Positions 52,399 to 64,000 of a DNA stretch of 64,000 nucleotides are shown here, piece by piece; the stretch's first letter is position 1, and every line of letters starts with the position of its first letter. Origin of the DNA: Chiloscyllium plagiosum (lineage: Eukaryota); NCBI RefSeq assembly GCF_004010195.1, contig NC_057726.1, forward strand, positions 19,459,321 through 19,523,320, written 5' to 3'. The position numbers and the translations under genes are program-made. The notes beneath the pieces are model-generated. The model was not told the origin of the DNA. It saw only the letters and a program-made list of their open reading frames with translations, and searched no databases.

Positions 52399-52723
52399 TG
52401 GCATGGCTGTACAGCAGTTAGCACTACTGCCTCAGCACCAGGAACACTGGTTCGATTCCAGCCATTGGTGACTGTGTGGAGATGGCACATGTTCGCCATG
52501 TCTGGGTGAGTTTCCACTGGGTGCTCTGATTTCGTCCCACCAGTCCAAAAATGTTCACGTTAGGTGGATTGCCCTACAGTGTCTAGGAATGTGCAGACAA
52601 AGTGGATTAGCCCTGGGAAATATGGGGATGGGTGGAAGCAGGTGGGATGCTCTTTGGAGGGTTGGTTCAGAGTCAATGGGCTGAACAGTGTTGATCTGCA
52701 CTGTCGGGGTTCTGAGATTCTAT
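52399..52723 (+). mobile_element. HE1-like SINE in USP10 intron
   Basis: B box ggttcgattcc, V-domain and tail; diverged. Confidence 0.78.
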
Positions 52724-53671
52724 AGAATGTCTCCACCATAGCAGTGCGTAGTGGAATTCTTGGTACAGAAATGTCAGCACTATGCAGTTACTACATTCTT
52801 GATATATATTAGCCGGAACTATATTCTTGAAAGAATAAAATGGCCCCATTTTAAACAGTTGGCACTTTTAAAAAAAATGTAAAGACAGGTGTGGTGTCTA
52901 TATTTGAAAAAAAAAGTCCCAGAACGTCAATATTTGCACTTGGCCTGCTCACACAAAAACATGTGAAATTCCATTATTGCACAAAGCCAAATGACAGAGG
53001 GGAAAGAAAACTTGCTTAAAATCACAAGTTCTAAATTGCTGTTTGTCTAAAAATTGCGCAAAATCCTATACAGATTATATTTTTCTTTTGAGCATTTTTA
53101 AACGAGTGCACCTTCCTAAAGGTAATAAACATTGCACAAATTAGGATCCCAGCATTCAGACTTTTGCTCTCTTTAATACCATTTACATTTCATCATGTCC
53201 GGAGCAAACATGTCTTCTCTTGATCGCAGATGGAGTAAAAATCACAGTTGCTTATTTACTCTCAAGTGAAACTCAATCATCCAGCTCATCAAAGCCCAAC
53301 CACAATAATTATGATGATGATTTAGGAATATCAAAAATATACTTCAGCATAATGCAAACATTCTTCTTCGAGATATTCTCAATTACAATCTCTGTTGCTG
53401 TGAAACTTCCCAAATTATTTCTAATATAGGAAATTGCCAAGCACCCATATGAAATAAATTGCTAAGAATAGGAGGGCGCAGTGGTCACCTAAAATATACA
53501 AAGTCAATAACAAACCAAGTAGTTTAAACACTAAAGACAACTGAAAAGCAGGAAAAGAACAACAATGCAAAATGGTGGCTTTTTCCTTAAATGGGTTATT
53601 ATAATATAGCTTTCATCCGAATATCTGTAGTGACACTCATTCTAGTATCAAGAGTTAAAAATTAAAAGGAA

Positions 53672-54236
53672 AGAGTATTGAGTACAGGAGTTGGGAGGTC
53701 ACGTTGCAGTTGTACAGGACATTGGTTAGGCCACTGTTGGAATATTGAGTGCAATTCTGGACTCGTTCCTAGCGGAAAGATGTTGTGCAACTTTAAAGTG
53801 TTCAGAAATGGTTTACAAAGATGTTGACAGGGAGAGGATAAATAGGCTGGGATTGTTTTCCCTGGAGCGTCAGAGGCTGAGAAGTGACCTTATAGAGGTT
53901 TACAAAATCATGAGGGGCATGGATAGGATCAACAGCAAAGTCTTTTCCCTGGGGTGGGGAAGTCCAGAACTAGAGGGCATAGGTTTAGGGTGAGAGGGGA
54001 AAGATATAAAAGAGACCTAAGGGTGGTATGTGTATGGACTGAGCTGCCAGAGGATGTAGTGGAGGCTACCACAATTACAGCGCTCAAAAGGCATTTGGAT
54101 GGATATATGAATAGGAAGGGCTTGGAGGGATACGGGCAGGGTGCTAGCAGGTGGGACTAGATTGGGTTGGGATACTTGGTCGGCATGGACGGGTTAGACT
54201 GAAGGGCCTGTTTGCGGCTGTACATCTCTGACTCTA
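53672..54236 (+). mobile_element. CR1 LINE 3' fragment
   Basis: LGLFSLERQRLRSDLIEVYKIM and RTRGH motifs, plus the 3' tail. Confidence 0.9.
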
Positions 54237-55237
54237 AATCATTAGCAATAGGACAGAAAAAAATTAAGTTATGCAGCACATGCATTTAACTAATACCCAC
54301 TATTTAGATGTGAACTTATGACTTCCTGAGGGTCCTTGCATATTGATGAGGAAACTCATTACTTTATCACAAAATACTAAACATGATTTCATTTTAACCT
54401 GAAACTACTTGGTATTTCTAAACATCCTTAAGACAACTCCTAGCGCACCTATTAAAAGATGTCTTATTTTTGGTTGCCTGAAGGCAACACCAATGTTTTG
54501 TTTCAAAGCAATTCTCTCCATATCGAAAGCCTGTTGGTATGTCAGACATTTCTGGAGCTTCTCACAATCAGCACACCTTGCAGATTTAGCAGTTTATAAC
54601 TAGCTTTGTAAATAAGCACTGGATTCATAAAGGAAACATGACAGCCTCAAAATAGTTTGCATGTTAATTCCAAATGGTTATTATTTTCAGGTTGCTGGCC
54701 AAAGAGATTTAAGAGCGCAACTGAACAGAACAAAAGATGACTTCATCTCTTTGATCTGTGCCCAGGTTATTTCAAAGTTTAAAATCACACAACAGGTTAT
54801 AGTCCAACAGGTTTATTTGAAATCATTAGCTTTCAGAGTGCCGCTCCTTCATCAGGTGGTTGTGGAGTATAAAATCATAAGACATGGAATTTATACCAAA
54901 GTTTACGGTGTGATGCAACTGAAATTATATATTGAAAAAGACCTGGATTGTCTGTTAAGTCTCTCACCTTGGGCATGACCATGTTGGTTTCAGTTCTTTC
55001 ATATGTAAATCCCAGAACTTTTTTTAAAAGAAGTTACATTCTCAAGTGAACTTTAACAATAGGTGCCACGTTGTCTCAGAAAATGCACTGAAGGTGTGAG
55101 GTGCCCTGTGTGAGACTGTCAGTGCCCCAATGTTCACACTGATTCTATTTCTAAAAAAGGTATTTATGGAATCTTGCATGTTGCAGTTTTTGAGAAAATA
55201 AAACATAATTGTGCGAGTACTAATTCTCCCCACAAAC

Positions 55238-56375
55238 ATTCGACAAGGTTCCCCAAGGGAGACAGGATAGCAAAATTAGATTTCATGGAATTCAGGGACA
55301 ACTAACCATTTGGATACAGAACTGGCTCAAAAGGTAGAAGACAGAGGGTGGGTAGTGGAGGATTGTTCTTCAGACTGGAGGCCTGTGACCAGTGGAGTGC
55401 CACAAAGATCAGTGCTGGGTCCGCTACTTCTCACTGTTTATAGAAATGATTAGGACATGAGCTTAAGAGGTACAGTTAGTAAGTTTGCAGATGACACCAA
55501 AATTGGAGGTATAGTGGACAGTAAAGAAGGTTACCTCGCATACAATGGAATTTTGATCAAATGGGCCAATGGGCTGAGAAGTAGCAGATGGAGCTTAACT
55601 TAGATAAATGAGAGGTGTTGCATTTTCAGAAAGCAAATCTTCACAGGACTTATACACTGAATGGCAAGGTCCTAGCGAGTGCTGCTGAACAAAGAGACCT
55701 TGGAGTGCATGCCCATAGCTCCTCGAAAGTAGAGTCGCAGGTAGATTGGATAGGGAAGGCGGCGTTTGGTATGCTTTCCTTTATTGGTCAGAGTATTGAG
55801 TACAGGAGTTGGGAGGTCATGTTGCGGCTGTACAGGACATGGGTTAGACCACCGTTGGAATATTGCAATTCTGGTCTCCTACCTATTGAAAGGATGTTGT
55901 GAAACTTGAAAGGGTTCAGAAAGGATTTACAAGGATGTTGCCAGAGTTGGAGGATTTGAGCTACAAGGAGAGTTTGAATAGGTTGGGGCTGTTTTTCCTG
56001 GAGCATCAGAGGCTGAGGGATGACCTTATAGAGGTTTATAAAATCATGAGGGGCATGGATCTTTTCCTTGAGGTGGGGGTCCAGAGCTAGAGGGGGCATA
56101 GGTTTAGGGTGAGAGGGGAAAGATATAAAAGAGACCTAAGCGGCAACCTTTTCACGCAGAGGGTGGTGCTGCATTTGTGTGGAATGGGCTGCCAGAGGAA
56201 TTGGTAGAAGCTAGTACAATTGCAGCATTTAAAAGACATCTGGATGGGTATATGAATAGATAGGGTTTAGAGGGATATGGGCCGGGTGCTGGCAGGTTGG
56301 ACTAGATTGGATTGGGATATCTGGTCGGCATGGAGGAGTTGGACCGAAGGGTCTGTTTCTGTGCTGTACATCTCG
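55238..56375 (+). mobile_element. CR1 LINE 3' fragment (RT to tail)
   Basis: FDKVP, FADDTK and AFGMLSFIGQSIEYRSWEVML motifs, plus the tail. Confidence 0.92.
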
Positions 56376-56884
56376 TGTGGCTGTACGCCACTTGTCCCTC
56401 TAAGTAGTTGGACGCGGACCTTTTTTTTTGAGAATGGTGGCAATATACCACAAAGTAATTTTAATGGTAAGACAAAATAGACTAGTGAAATAATTAGCCA
56501 GAAGATACAGAACAAGAGCCAAGAGATTACACAAAAAAAAAGGTCAGCTCACACTTGAAGAAATGCATTTAATGCCAGTCACTACATCACAAAGAACATA
56601 TACAAACACCAAAGACATGTACAGCACAGAAACATGTACATCTGTGACTCTATGACTCGAGGAAACCAGAAATTTTAAGGCAATTACACGATATTTAGCA
56701 TGGGAACATCACTTTAATTCACCTAGACTAATAGCAGGAGGCTCACCACAGAACTTATGAAAAACGTTTTGCACGAATCGAAACACAAATCTTTGAGATA
56801 ATCTTCGATGACAGTAAAGATTGGAGAATTAGATACACAAGTTCAACAAGCAAAGTCAAAGACTGCAGTTAAGGACTCCCCCAC

Positions 56885-57836
56885 CACAGGGAAAAGACCT
56901 TGCCCATTTACCCAATCCACGCCCCTCATGATTTTCTTTCAAGTTTCACAACATCTTTCCGATAAGGAGACCTGAACTGCAATATTCCAACAGTGGCCTA
57001 ACCAATTTCCTGTACAGCCGCAACATGACCATGCAACTCCTGTCCTCAATACTCTGACCAATAAAGGAGAAAGTGAGGACTGCAGATGCTGGAGATCAGA
57101 GCTGAAAACGTGTTGCTGGAAAAGCGCAGCAGGTCAGGCAACATCCAAGAAGCAGGAGAATCGATGTTTCAGGCATGAGCCCTTCTTCAGGAATGAGGAA
57201 AGTGCGCCAAGCAGGCTAAGATAAAAGGTAGGGAGGAGGGACTTGGGGGAGAGGCGTTGGAAATGCAAGAGGTGGGAGGAGGTTAAGGCGAGGGTGATAG
57301 GCCGGAGTGGGGGTGGGGGTGGAGAGGTCAGGAAGAAGATTGCAGGTTAGGAAGGTGGTGCTGAGTTCGAGGGTTGGGACTGAGACAAGGTGGGGGGAGG
57401 GGAAATGAGGAAACTGGAGAAGTCTGAGTTCATCCCTTGTGGTTGAAGGCGCTCTTCCTCCAGCCGTCGTGTTGCTATGGTCTGGCGATGGAGGAGTCCA
57501 AGGACCTGCATGTCCTTGGTGGAGTAAGACTTCTCCAGTTTCCTCATTTCCCCAAGTCCCTCCTCCCTACCTTTTATCTTAGCCTGCTTGGCACACTTTC
57601 CTCATTCCTGAAGAAGGGCTCATGTCCGAAACATCGATTCTCCTGCTCCTTGGATGCTGCCTGACCTGCTGCGCTTTTCCAGCAACACATTTTCAACTCT
57701 GACCAATAAAGGAAAACATCCCAAACGCCTGCTTCCCTATCCAATCTACCTGCAACTCTACTTTCAAGGAGCTATGATCTTACACTCCAAGGTCTCTTTG
57801 TTAAGCAACACTCGCTAGGACCTTACCATTAAGTGT
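56885..57836 (-). mobile_element. CR1 fragment split by a Penelope-derived insertion
   Basis: The CR1 sequence ..caatactctgaccaataaagga at 57047-57068 resumes at 57696. Confidence 0.8.
57069..57695. mobile_element. Penelope-like element remnant: inverted termini plus the C-terminal end of a GIY-YIG endonuclease
   Basis: Perfect 18-bp TSD actctgaccaataaagga (57051-57068 / 57696-57713). The minus ORF VLGLLHRQTIATRRLEEERLQPQGMNSDF resembles the RxxxE..L.P.GxN terminus of Penelope GIY-YIG domains. Confidence 0.8.
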
Positions 57837-59386
57837 TAAGTCATAACTATACATGACTGGATGCCTTTGATACTTGTACAAAAGTATAAATAAAGTTGAA
57901 ATTCAATTCTTTACCAAAAAGAGATCAATCGCATTCAATAGAAAATAGAAACAAGAGAACCTTGGATTTCTTTTGGATGCAACAAATGAGTTGAAGCAGC
58001 CAGAAATATCCAGTTTTGAGTATCTAATTTCACAATTCATTTGGTAGGATGAACAAGGGCTGGACTTACACAGTTAATGCTCAAGCTCTGGGGTATGTTA
58101 AAGAACAGAGAAACCCAAAGGTTCAGTACATAGTTTATTGAAACTTACAGCACAAGTAGATAGGGCGATAAAAAAGACCTTTGGCACATTGGCCTTCATG
58201 CTCAGACCATTGAGTCTGGAGGTGGGACGTCACGTTGCAGTTGTACAGGACATTGGTGAGACTACTTTTTGAGTAATGAGCAGTTTTAGGTGCCCTGGTA
58301 TATGAAGGATATAATTAAATTGGAGAGGGTGCCGAAAAGTTTTATAAGGATGCAATTTGGACTGGAGGGTTTGAGTTATAAAGGAGAAATTGATAGGCTG
58401 AAATTTCTCTCACTGGAGTGTCAAAGGTTGAGGGGAGACCTTGGTGGTTAATAAAATCACAAGGACCATAGATAAATCCAAGTAAATTCCAGAGGGCTGA
58501 GAGATCGTTGGTTTGGTTTCAAAAGCAGAAGTAAATGAATCGTCAAGATGTCATAACGTATCAGAGACCCTTAGGTAGAATTAGGAAGTAAAAGGGAACT
58601 CTCAAATCAAATACACGAATGCAGCTGCATTTTTAAATCTTCAACTGTCAAGCAAACTCAAAAGTACTTTAAATTTAGCATCTCACAGAAATGTTCCAGC
58701 AAGAATCCTAAACAAGAATTGCTGGTACGAAGTGTCATTAAGCTTCTTTAACACCAAGCCCGTCCAGACATCTACACCTGGTCCACCAAGAGTTAATCAT
58801 TAAGTATCAATTATTCCTGGATCTGGTGCAAATTTCTAGATGACTGATCTTTTACAACTGCATTGTTGAATGGAATTTTAAAAAACAACTTTATTGTCAT
58901 TGAACTCTAATGTGAAATTCCAGATTTATAATGGATTTTGAAGATCTCCTCAACAATGCCCCTTAGAATTTGTTTCCAATCAAAATAACTGAGATTTTTC
59001 AGTGTCCTATATTCTCACACAAACAAAAAAGCCTCAATCAGTTGTATCACCAGGGGAGGTAAGAATTTCATATACAGCATCTATGTACAGTGCATTCTCT
59101 TACTTGCAGAATTGAAAATTAGAACTGAAATGAACCATAGATGGAAGCATCAAGATGTTGAAATGTGCATGCCATTTTGAAAAGTTCCAAATCATTATGG
59201 CTTTGATCTAATCATTCCCATGCACTCATAAGGAATGTTAATGTGCTAAAATGGGACAAAATGCTACACTTAATTTCACAGTGCTGCAAGTTTTACAACT
59301 TTGTTCTTCCCAAAGATTAAAGTTTAATATTTTATTGGTTTACATTGTTATAAATATTAAAAAAGCACTTTTCATAACTTACATAC

Positions 59387-59452
59387 CTGCAAAGAGTCTA
59401 TAGGTTCGTTGGACTTTGAAAATCTTACCCTTCACACCAGGAGAAAGGAGAT
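59387..59452 (-). CDS. USP10: USP10 penultimate coding exon (66 nt)
   Basis: Not in the ORF track; read as ttctttcag|(D)LLSPGVKGKIFKVQRTYRLFA(V)|gtatgt. Phase 1 to 1, in frame with the last exon across a 13.7 kb intron. Upstream exons lie beyond position 64000. Confidence 0.93.
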
Positions 59453-59617
59453 CTGAAAGAAAAGTAACAGTTTAACAAAGCTTCTTAAGACTGGCCGGTT
59501 TGTCGTCATAGCTAAGCTTTAACACTGTACAGTATAAGCAAAAAACTTGGGAAAGTCAATGTTAAGATGGTGATGGTGATGGTGGGGGTGGGGGCAGGTG
59601 CGGCACACATGATCAAG

Positions 59618-60274
59618 CATGGAAACAGACCCTTCAGTTCAACCCGTCCATGCCGACCAGATATCCCAACCCAATCTAGTCCCACCTACCAGCAGCCGCC
59701 CCATATCCCTCCAAACTCTTCCTCTTCCTATACCCATCCAAATGCCTCTTAAATGTTGCAATTGTACCAGCCTCCACCACATCCTCTGGCAGCTCATTCC
59801 ATACACTTACTACACTCTGCGTGAAAACGTTGCCCCTTAGGTATCTTTTACATCTTTCCCCTCTCACCCTAAACCTATGCCCTCTAGTTCTGGACTCCCT
59901 GACCCCAGGGAAAAGACTTTGTCTATTTATCCTANNNNNNNNNNNCTCAATACTCTGACCAATAAAGGAAAGCATACCAAACGCTGCCTTCACTATCCTA
60001 TCTACCTGCGACTCCACTTTCAAGGAGCTATGAACCTGCACTCCAAGGTCGCTTTGTTCAGCAACACTCCCTAGGACCTTACCATTAAGTGTATAAGTCC
60101 TGCTAAGATTTGCTTTCCCAAAATACAGCACCTCACATTTATCTGAATTAAACCCCATCTGCCACTTCTCAGCTCATTGGTCCATCTGGTCCAGATCCTG
60201 TTGTATCTGAGGTAACCCACTTCGCTGTCCACTACACCTCCAATTTTGGTGTCATCTGCAAACTTACTAACTGT
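59618..60274 (-). mobile_element. CR1 LINE 3' fragment (N gap near 59935-59945)
   Basis: KFADDTKIGG and FNSDKCEVLYFGK motifs, plus the tail. Confidence 0.92.
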
Positions 60275-62679
60275 ATTCAGCTGAATATGAATCAAAAATC
60301 TAGTGGACCTGTGAATTCAAAATAGCTAGTTCACATCATCTTATCAAGGGAGCATAAAAATCATAGAATTATAGAGGACAGAAGTCTGTACCAACAAAAC
60401 TAGTCTAAGTCTACACTTGTTCCACTTTCCAGCACAGCACATTAGCCTTTAATGTCATGGCACTTCAATACTCATCCAAGTACTTTTTAAAAGACAGAGT
60501 TTTTCCATCTTAATTCTCCTCCCAAGCAGTGCATTCCAGATTCCCACTACCTTCTGGGTGAAGACATTTTCTGCACATCCCCTCTAAACCTCTTGTCTTT
60601 CACCTTAAAAATTAGATCCCATTCTTTGGCTATCCCTGATCAAACCCAATCCCCCCCAAATGGGTATTAATTCTCTGCTTTAGAATATTCTCCAACAGTT
60701 TGCCTTTCACTGATGAGATGTGTACTGGTCTGTAATTCCCTGGTTACCTCTACCACTCTTCCTAAAAAGCAGAACCACTTCAACTACCTTCCAGTCTGCC
60801 ACGAATGAAAAATTTCAGTCAGAGCCCCTGTAATTTACTCCCACATCTCCCACTACAGCCTGGGAAACAATTCATCTGGAAAAATGCAGAATAAAGATGC
60901 ATTGTGTCTTACTTCAGTGAGATCTATTTTAGCAATTTACATTGGACCAATGCTACTTATATCTTTGAAAAGGCAAGAAACAGGGCCATGAATCTTCCTT
61001 TGAGAGTACAGAGAGTGTGGATTATAAAGGACACCCCCTTCCATATCTGGCCCCAATCCTTAAACATGATGCCAGACAGATTACATTTATTCCATCTATC
61101 CTGACCTACTCTAACGAACCAGGTTATAGTCCAACAGGTTTATTTGGAAGCTAGCTTTCAGAGCACTGCTCCATTAGGTGATTACCACCTGCATCTCCAA
61201 ATTATACTCTAAAACAGCATCATGTATCTTGCCATGTTACATCCTACCCACTCGGTACCCTACCCTTTCCATTGCCAAAACCCTACCCCCATCACATTAA
61301 TCTGTCGCACTTTAGGTTTGACAGCAGCTCTCAAAGTGGCTGTCAGGGACCTTAAATATCAGATTATGTTTCAAATGTTCCCAGTCATCTTCGAACATAA
61401 TGGGCCAGTTTCAGCAGGAGTGACAATCTTAAATAGTTTTGCACTATGAAAGGACTGTCAGAATGGAAGTTTGAGTCTACCACTGCGAAGGAAGCCATCA
61501 TCGGAAACTCCCCTCACAAACACAGCTCCCTTCTCACGTGAAAAAACGGCCAGAGATGCAGTTTGAGATTGTCACCCCCTCAGAGAAAATAGCATACAAT
61601 ATTCTAAGATGATGGCTTCAAATCTTCTTGGTGCAAACAAACAACCTTTGAATTGTGTGGAAAATTACTTCAAGTAATATTTCAATGATTATTTTGTTTT
61701 GATCAAGTGGAGATGCAGGATTACTTCAATATATTCATATTGCTCTACCAGAAGACCACAAAATCTAGAGCAGAAGTGGGTCCAGTGAGTCTGCTTTGCC
61801 ATTTAATGAGATTATGGCTGGTCCAATGATTGTCATCAACTGCAATTTCCTGCTTTTCTCCCTTGCAACCCTGGATTCCCTTCAAAGATCAAAAACCCTC
61901 CCATCGGAGTCTTGAATATTTTTAATAACCCAGCCTTGACAGCTCTGTGGTAAAGAACTCCACAGATTCATTATTCTCAGAAGAAATTTACTGGTAAATA
62001 TTTGCATGAATCATGTTTCTATGATTTTTTTGGATATAAATATAATATTCTTTCAATGAGCAGTTTCCAGTTAGTTGCTTTTAAAGACAAACTCCATTTT
62101 AAACTCTATCCTTCTGTAAGCAAAACGTGAGTGAAATGAGAAGGCAATTGCAGCTTAGCTGCCGTAAGCTACCTCTCGAGCTCAGTTGCTACTTCAATTT
62201 GATAGCATGGCTGTAGATTTGTATCCTACATTTAGCTTCAATTGTAATGCGTCATGGATGCTAGTTGATCAGGATTGGGTTTTATCAGCTGTTAAGGAAA
62301 ACACTGCTCCCTAAAATGGAGTGCAATGACACAAATCAGTTTAAAAGTAGGGGGAAAATGCTCTTTTTGAACTTCGCCATAGCCAAAAATCCTGATGTAC
62401 TAATATATTGGTATTTTATCAATTCGAATATCTTAGCAATTGTTATAGGAAACATGCAAATGTACGTTCATTTCAGGGAAAAGAACTCGCTTTCCATCAT
62501 CCTGGCAGCTAAAATGTACATCTCAGTACATTATGCCTACACAATACTCTTCACTTCGATTATTGTTCCGCTGTGCAAGTTTGCATTAATGACGACTTCT
62601 GAAGTTAGACCCCAGAATTTTGCAACTTGCTTCAATTGTTTCAAAGCATCAGTTAATTCTTATTCAAAAGAGATGCGAC

Positions 62680-63050
62680 TAATTGGTAACACCCCTTTGT
62701 CAGAAAGATAGAATTTGAATTCAAGATTTGAGCACAAAGTCATGAGTGACATTTCAATAGAGTGCACTGCACTGATGGCTGACTGATATCTTTCAGATGT
62801 GATGTTTAATCAAGACCTTAACTTCTCTCCATAAAAGATCCACAGCTGTATTTGCAACAGTGGAGTCAATTGTCAAAGTGGCTTGGCCAGTTATCACAGA
62901 ATAAATCTGGTAATTTATTTCACTGATGTTTACGGTAGCTTGCTATGCATAAACTGATTGCTATGATTCCTACAATAGAAAAATGATTATACTGCAAATT
63001 ACTTGCAATGCCTCAAGATCACAAAAGGAATTATATAAAATGCAAATCAT
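62680..63050 (+). mobile_element. Degenerate DeuSINE (SacSINE1-like)
   Basis: Recalled similarity to the Deu-domain and tail: aaagatcc..., atctggtaattt..ctgatgtttacggtagcttgctatgcataaactg..ttcctaca..., ending tatataaaatgcaa. Not confirmed by a search. Confidence 0.5.
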
Positions 63051-63244
63051 TTGCCTATTTCTACTACATTTGTCCAAATATTAAAAAATCAAGTACAATT
63101 TAACCTGAAAATTAATTACAGCTATTCTCAACTGACTGCCAGTCCTTCCTAATAGGTGTACGCTTAAGTGTTAAAATATTCCCAGTTACATTGAGACTAA
63201 TTCTTACATTTTGACACTGACATGATTGGCACATCTAAAGTTGC

Positions 63245-64000
63245 GAGTGCATTTATTGTATATCCTCGTTTGCCTTTGAGAAGCTATAGATGAGCTGCCT
63301 CTTAAACCATTTGCTGCAGCTAAACCACAACGTCATGAGGGAGGGAATTCCAAGGTTGTGACCCAGTGACACTGAAGGAACTTGCATACATTTCCAAGTC
63401 AGGATGGTGAGTGGCTTGGCGGGAAATTTGCAAGTGGCAGTGCTCCCACGTACCTGCTACCTTTGTCCTACTCTATGGTCATGGCCATGAGTTTGGAAGG
63501 TGCTGTTTAAGGAATCTTGGCAAATTTCTGTAATGCATCCTGTAGACGGCACACACAACTGCTACAGGGAGTGAATGTTTGTGGATGCTGTTCCAATCAA
63601 GTGGGCTGCTTTGTCCAGGATGGTATCCAACTTGTCAACGGAGCTGCACTTATCCATGTAAAGTGAGGAGCATTCCATCACACTCCTGTCTTGCATCTTG
63701 TACATGATGGACAGGCTTTGGGGAATCAGAAAGTTACTTGTGGCTCAAGTATTTCTAACCTTTGACCAGCTCTTTGAGCTGCAGCACTTAAGGCTAGCCT
63801 AGTCCCATTTCCGACTTAACAATAACCTCTGATGTTGCTATGGGGGATTCAGTGATAATGCCATTGAAAGTAAGGGTGATTGCTAAATTCTCTCTTGTTG
63901 GAGATGATCATTGCCTGGTACTTGCGTGACGTGAACTTTACTTGCCATTTGTCAACTCAAAATCTGGATATTGTCTAGATCTTGCTGCATTTAGACAGGG
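63245..64000 (-). mobile_element. 3' part of the same second LINE family
   Basis: Shares gaattccaag..gacccagtgacactgaagga..ttccaagtcaggatggtgagtggcttgg and cattgcctggtacttg with 35920-36520. Confidence 0.75.

Noticed and set aside
62265-62711. 148-aa ORF antisense in the USP10 intron
   Set aside because: AT-rich, no recognisable motif, and overlaps a SINE; probably a chance ORF.
59460-64000. Additional upstream USP10 exon
   Set aside because: No sequence encoding the expected LPPVLVLHLKRF-type motif was found; the exon presumably lies beyond the window.

Overview
This is eukaryotic (vertebrate) genomic DNA, almost certainly from a shark or other elasmobranch, judged from its HE1-type V-SINEs, CR1/HER1 LINEs and a DeuSINE-like element. 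Two spliced genes lie in tandem on the minus strand. One is the 3' end of USP10 (last two coding exons and 3' UTR, about 43.8-59.5 kb). The other is the 5' half of CRISPLD2 (TATA promoter, a putative non-coding exon 1 and six coding exons covering the signal peptide and CAP/SCP domain, about 7.9-23.7 kb; the LCCL exons lie left of the window). Most of the remainder is transposon debris. The most notable unexplained structure is a set of more than 15 short Penelope-derived elements from several sequence families. Many are palindromic with 15-18 bp target-site duplications, and the better-preserved copies carry a minimal hammerhead-ribozyme core (CUGANGA-stem II-GAAA-palindromic stem III-UH) that covaries between families. 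One intact-core copy is in sense orientation in CRISPLD2 intron 1. Hammerheads in Penelope elements are a known phenomenon, so the novelty, if any, lies in these particular families and their arrangement. There is no CRISPR array or prokaryotic system. Repeat boundaries are approximate and were read by eye.
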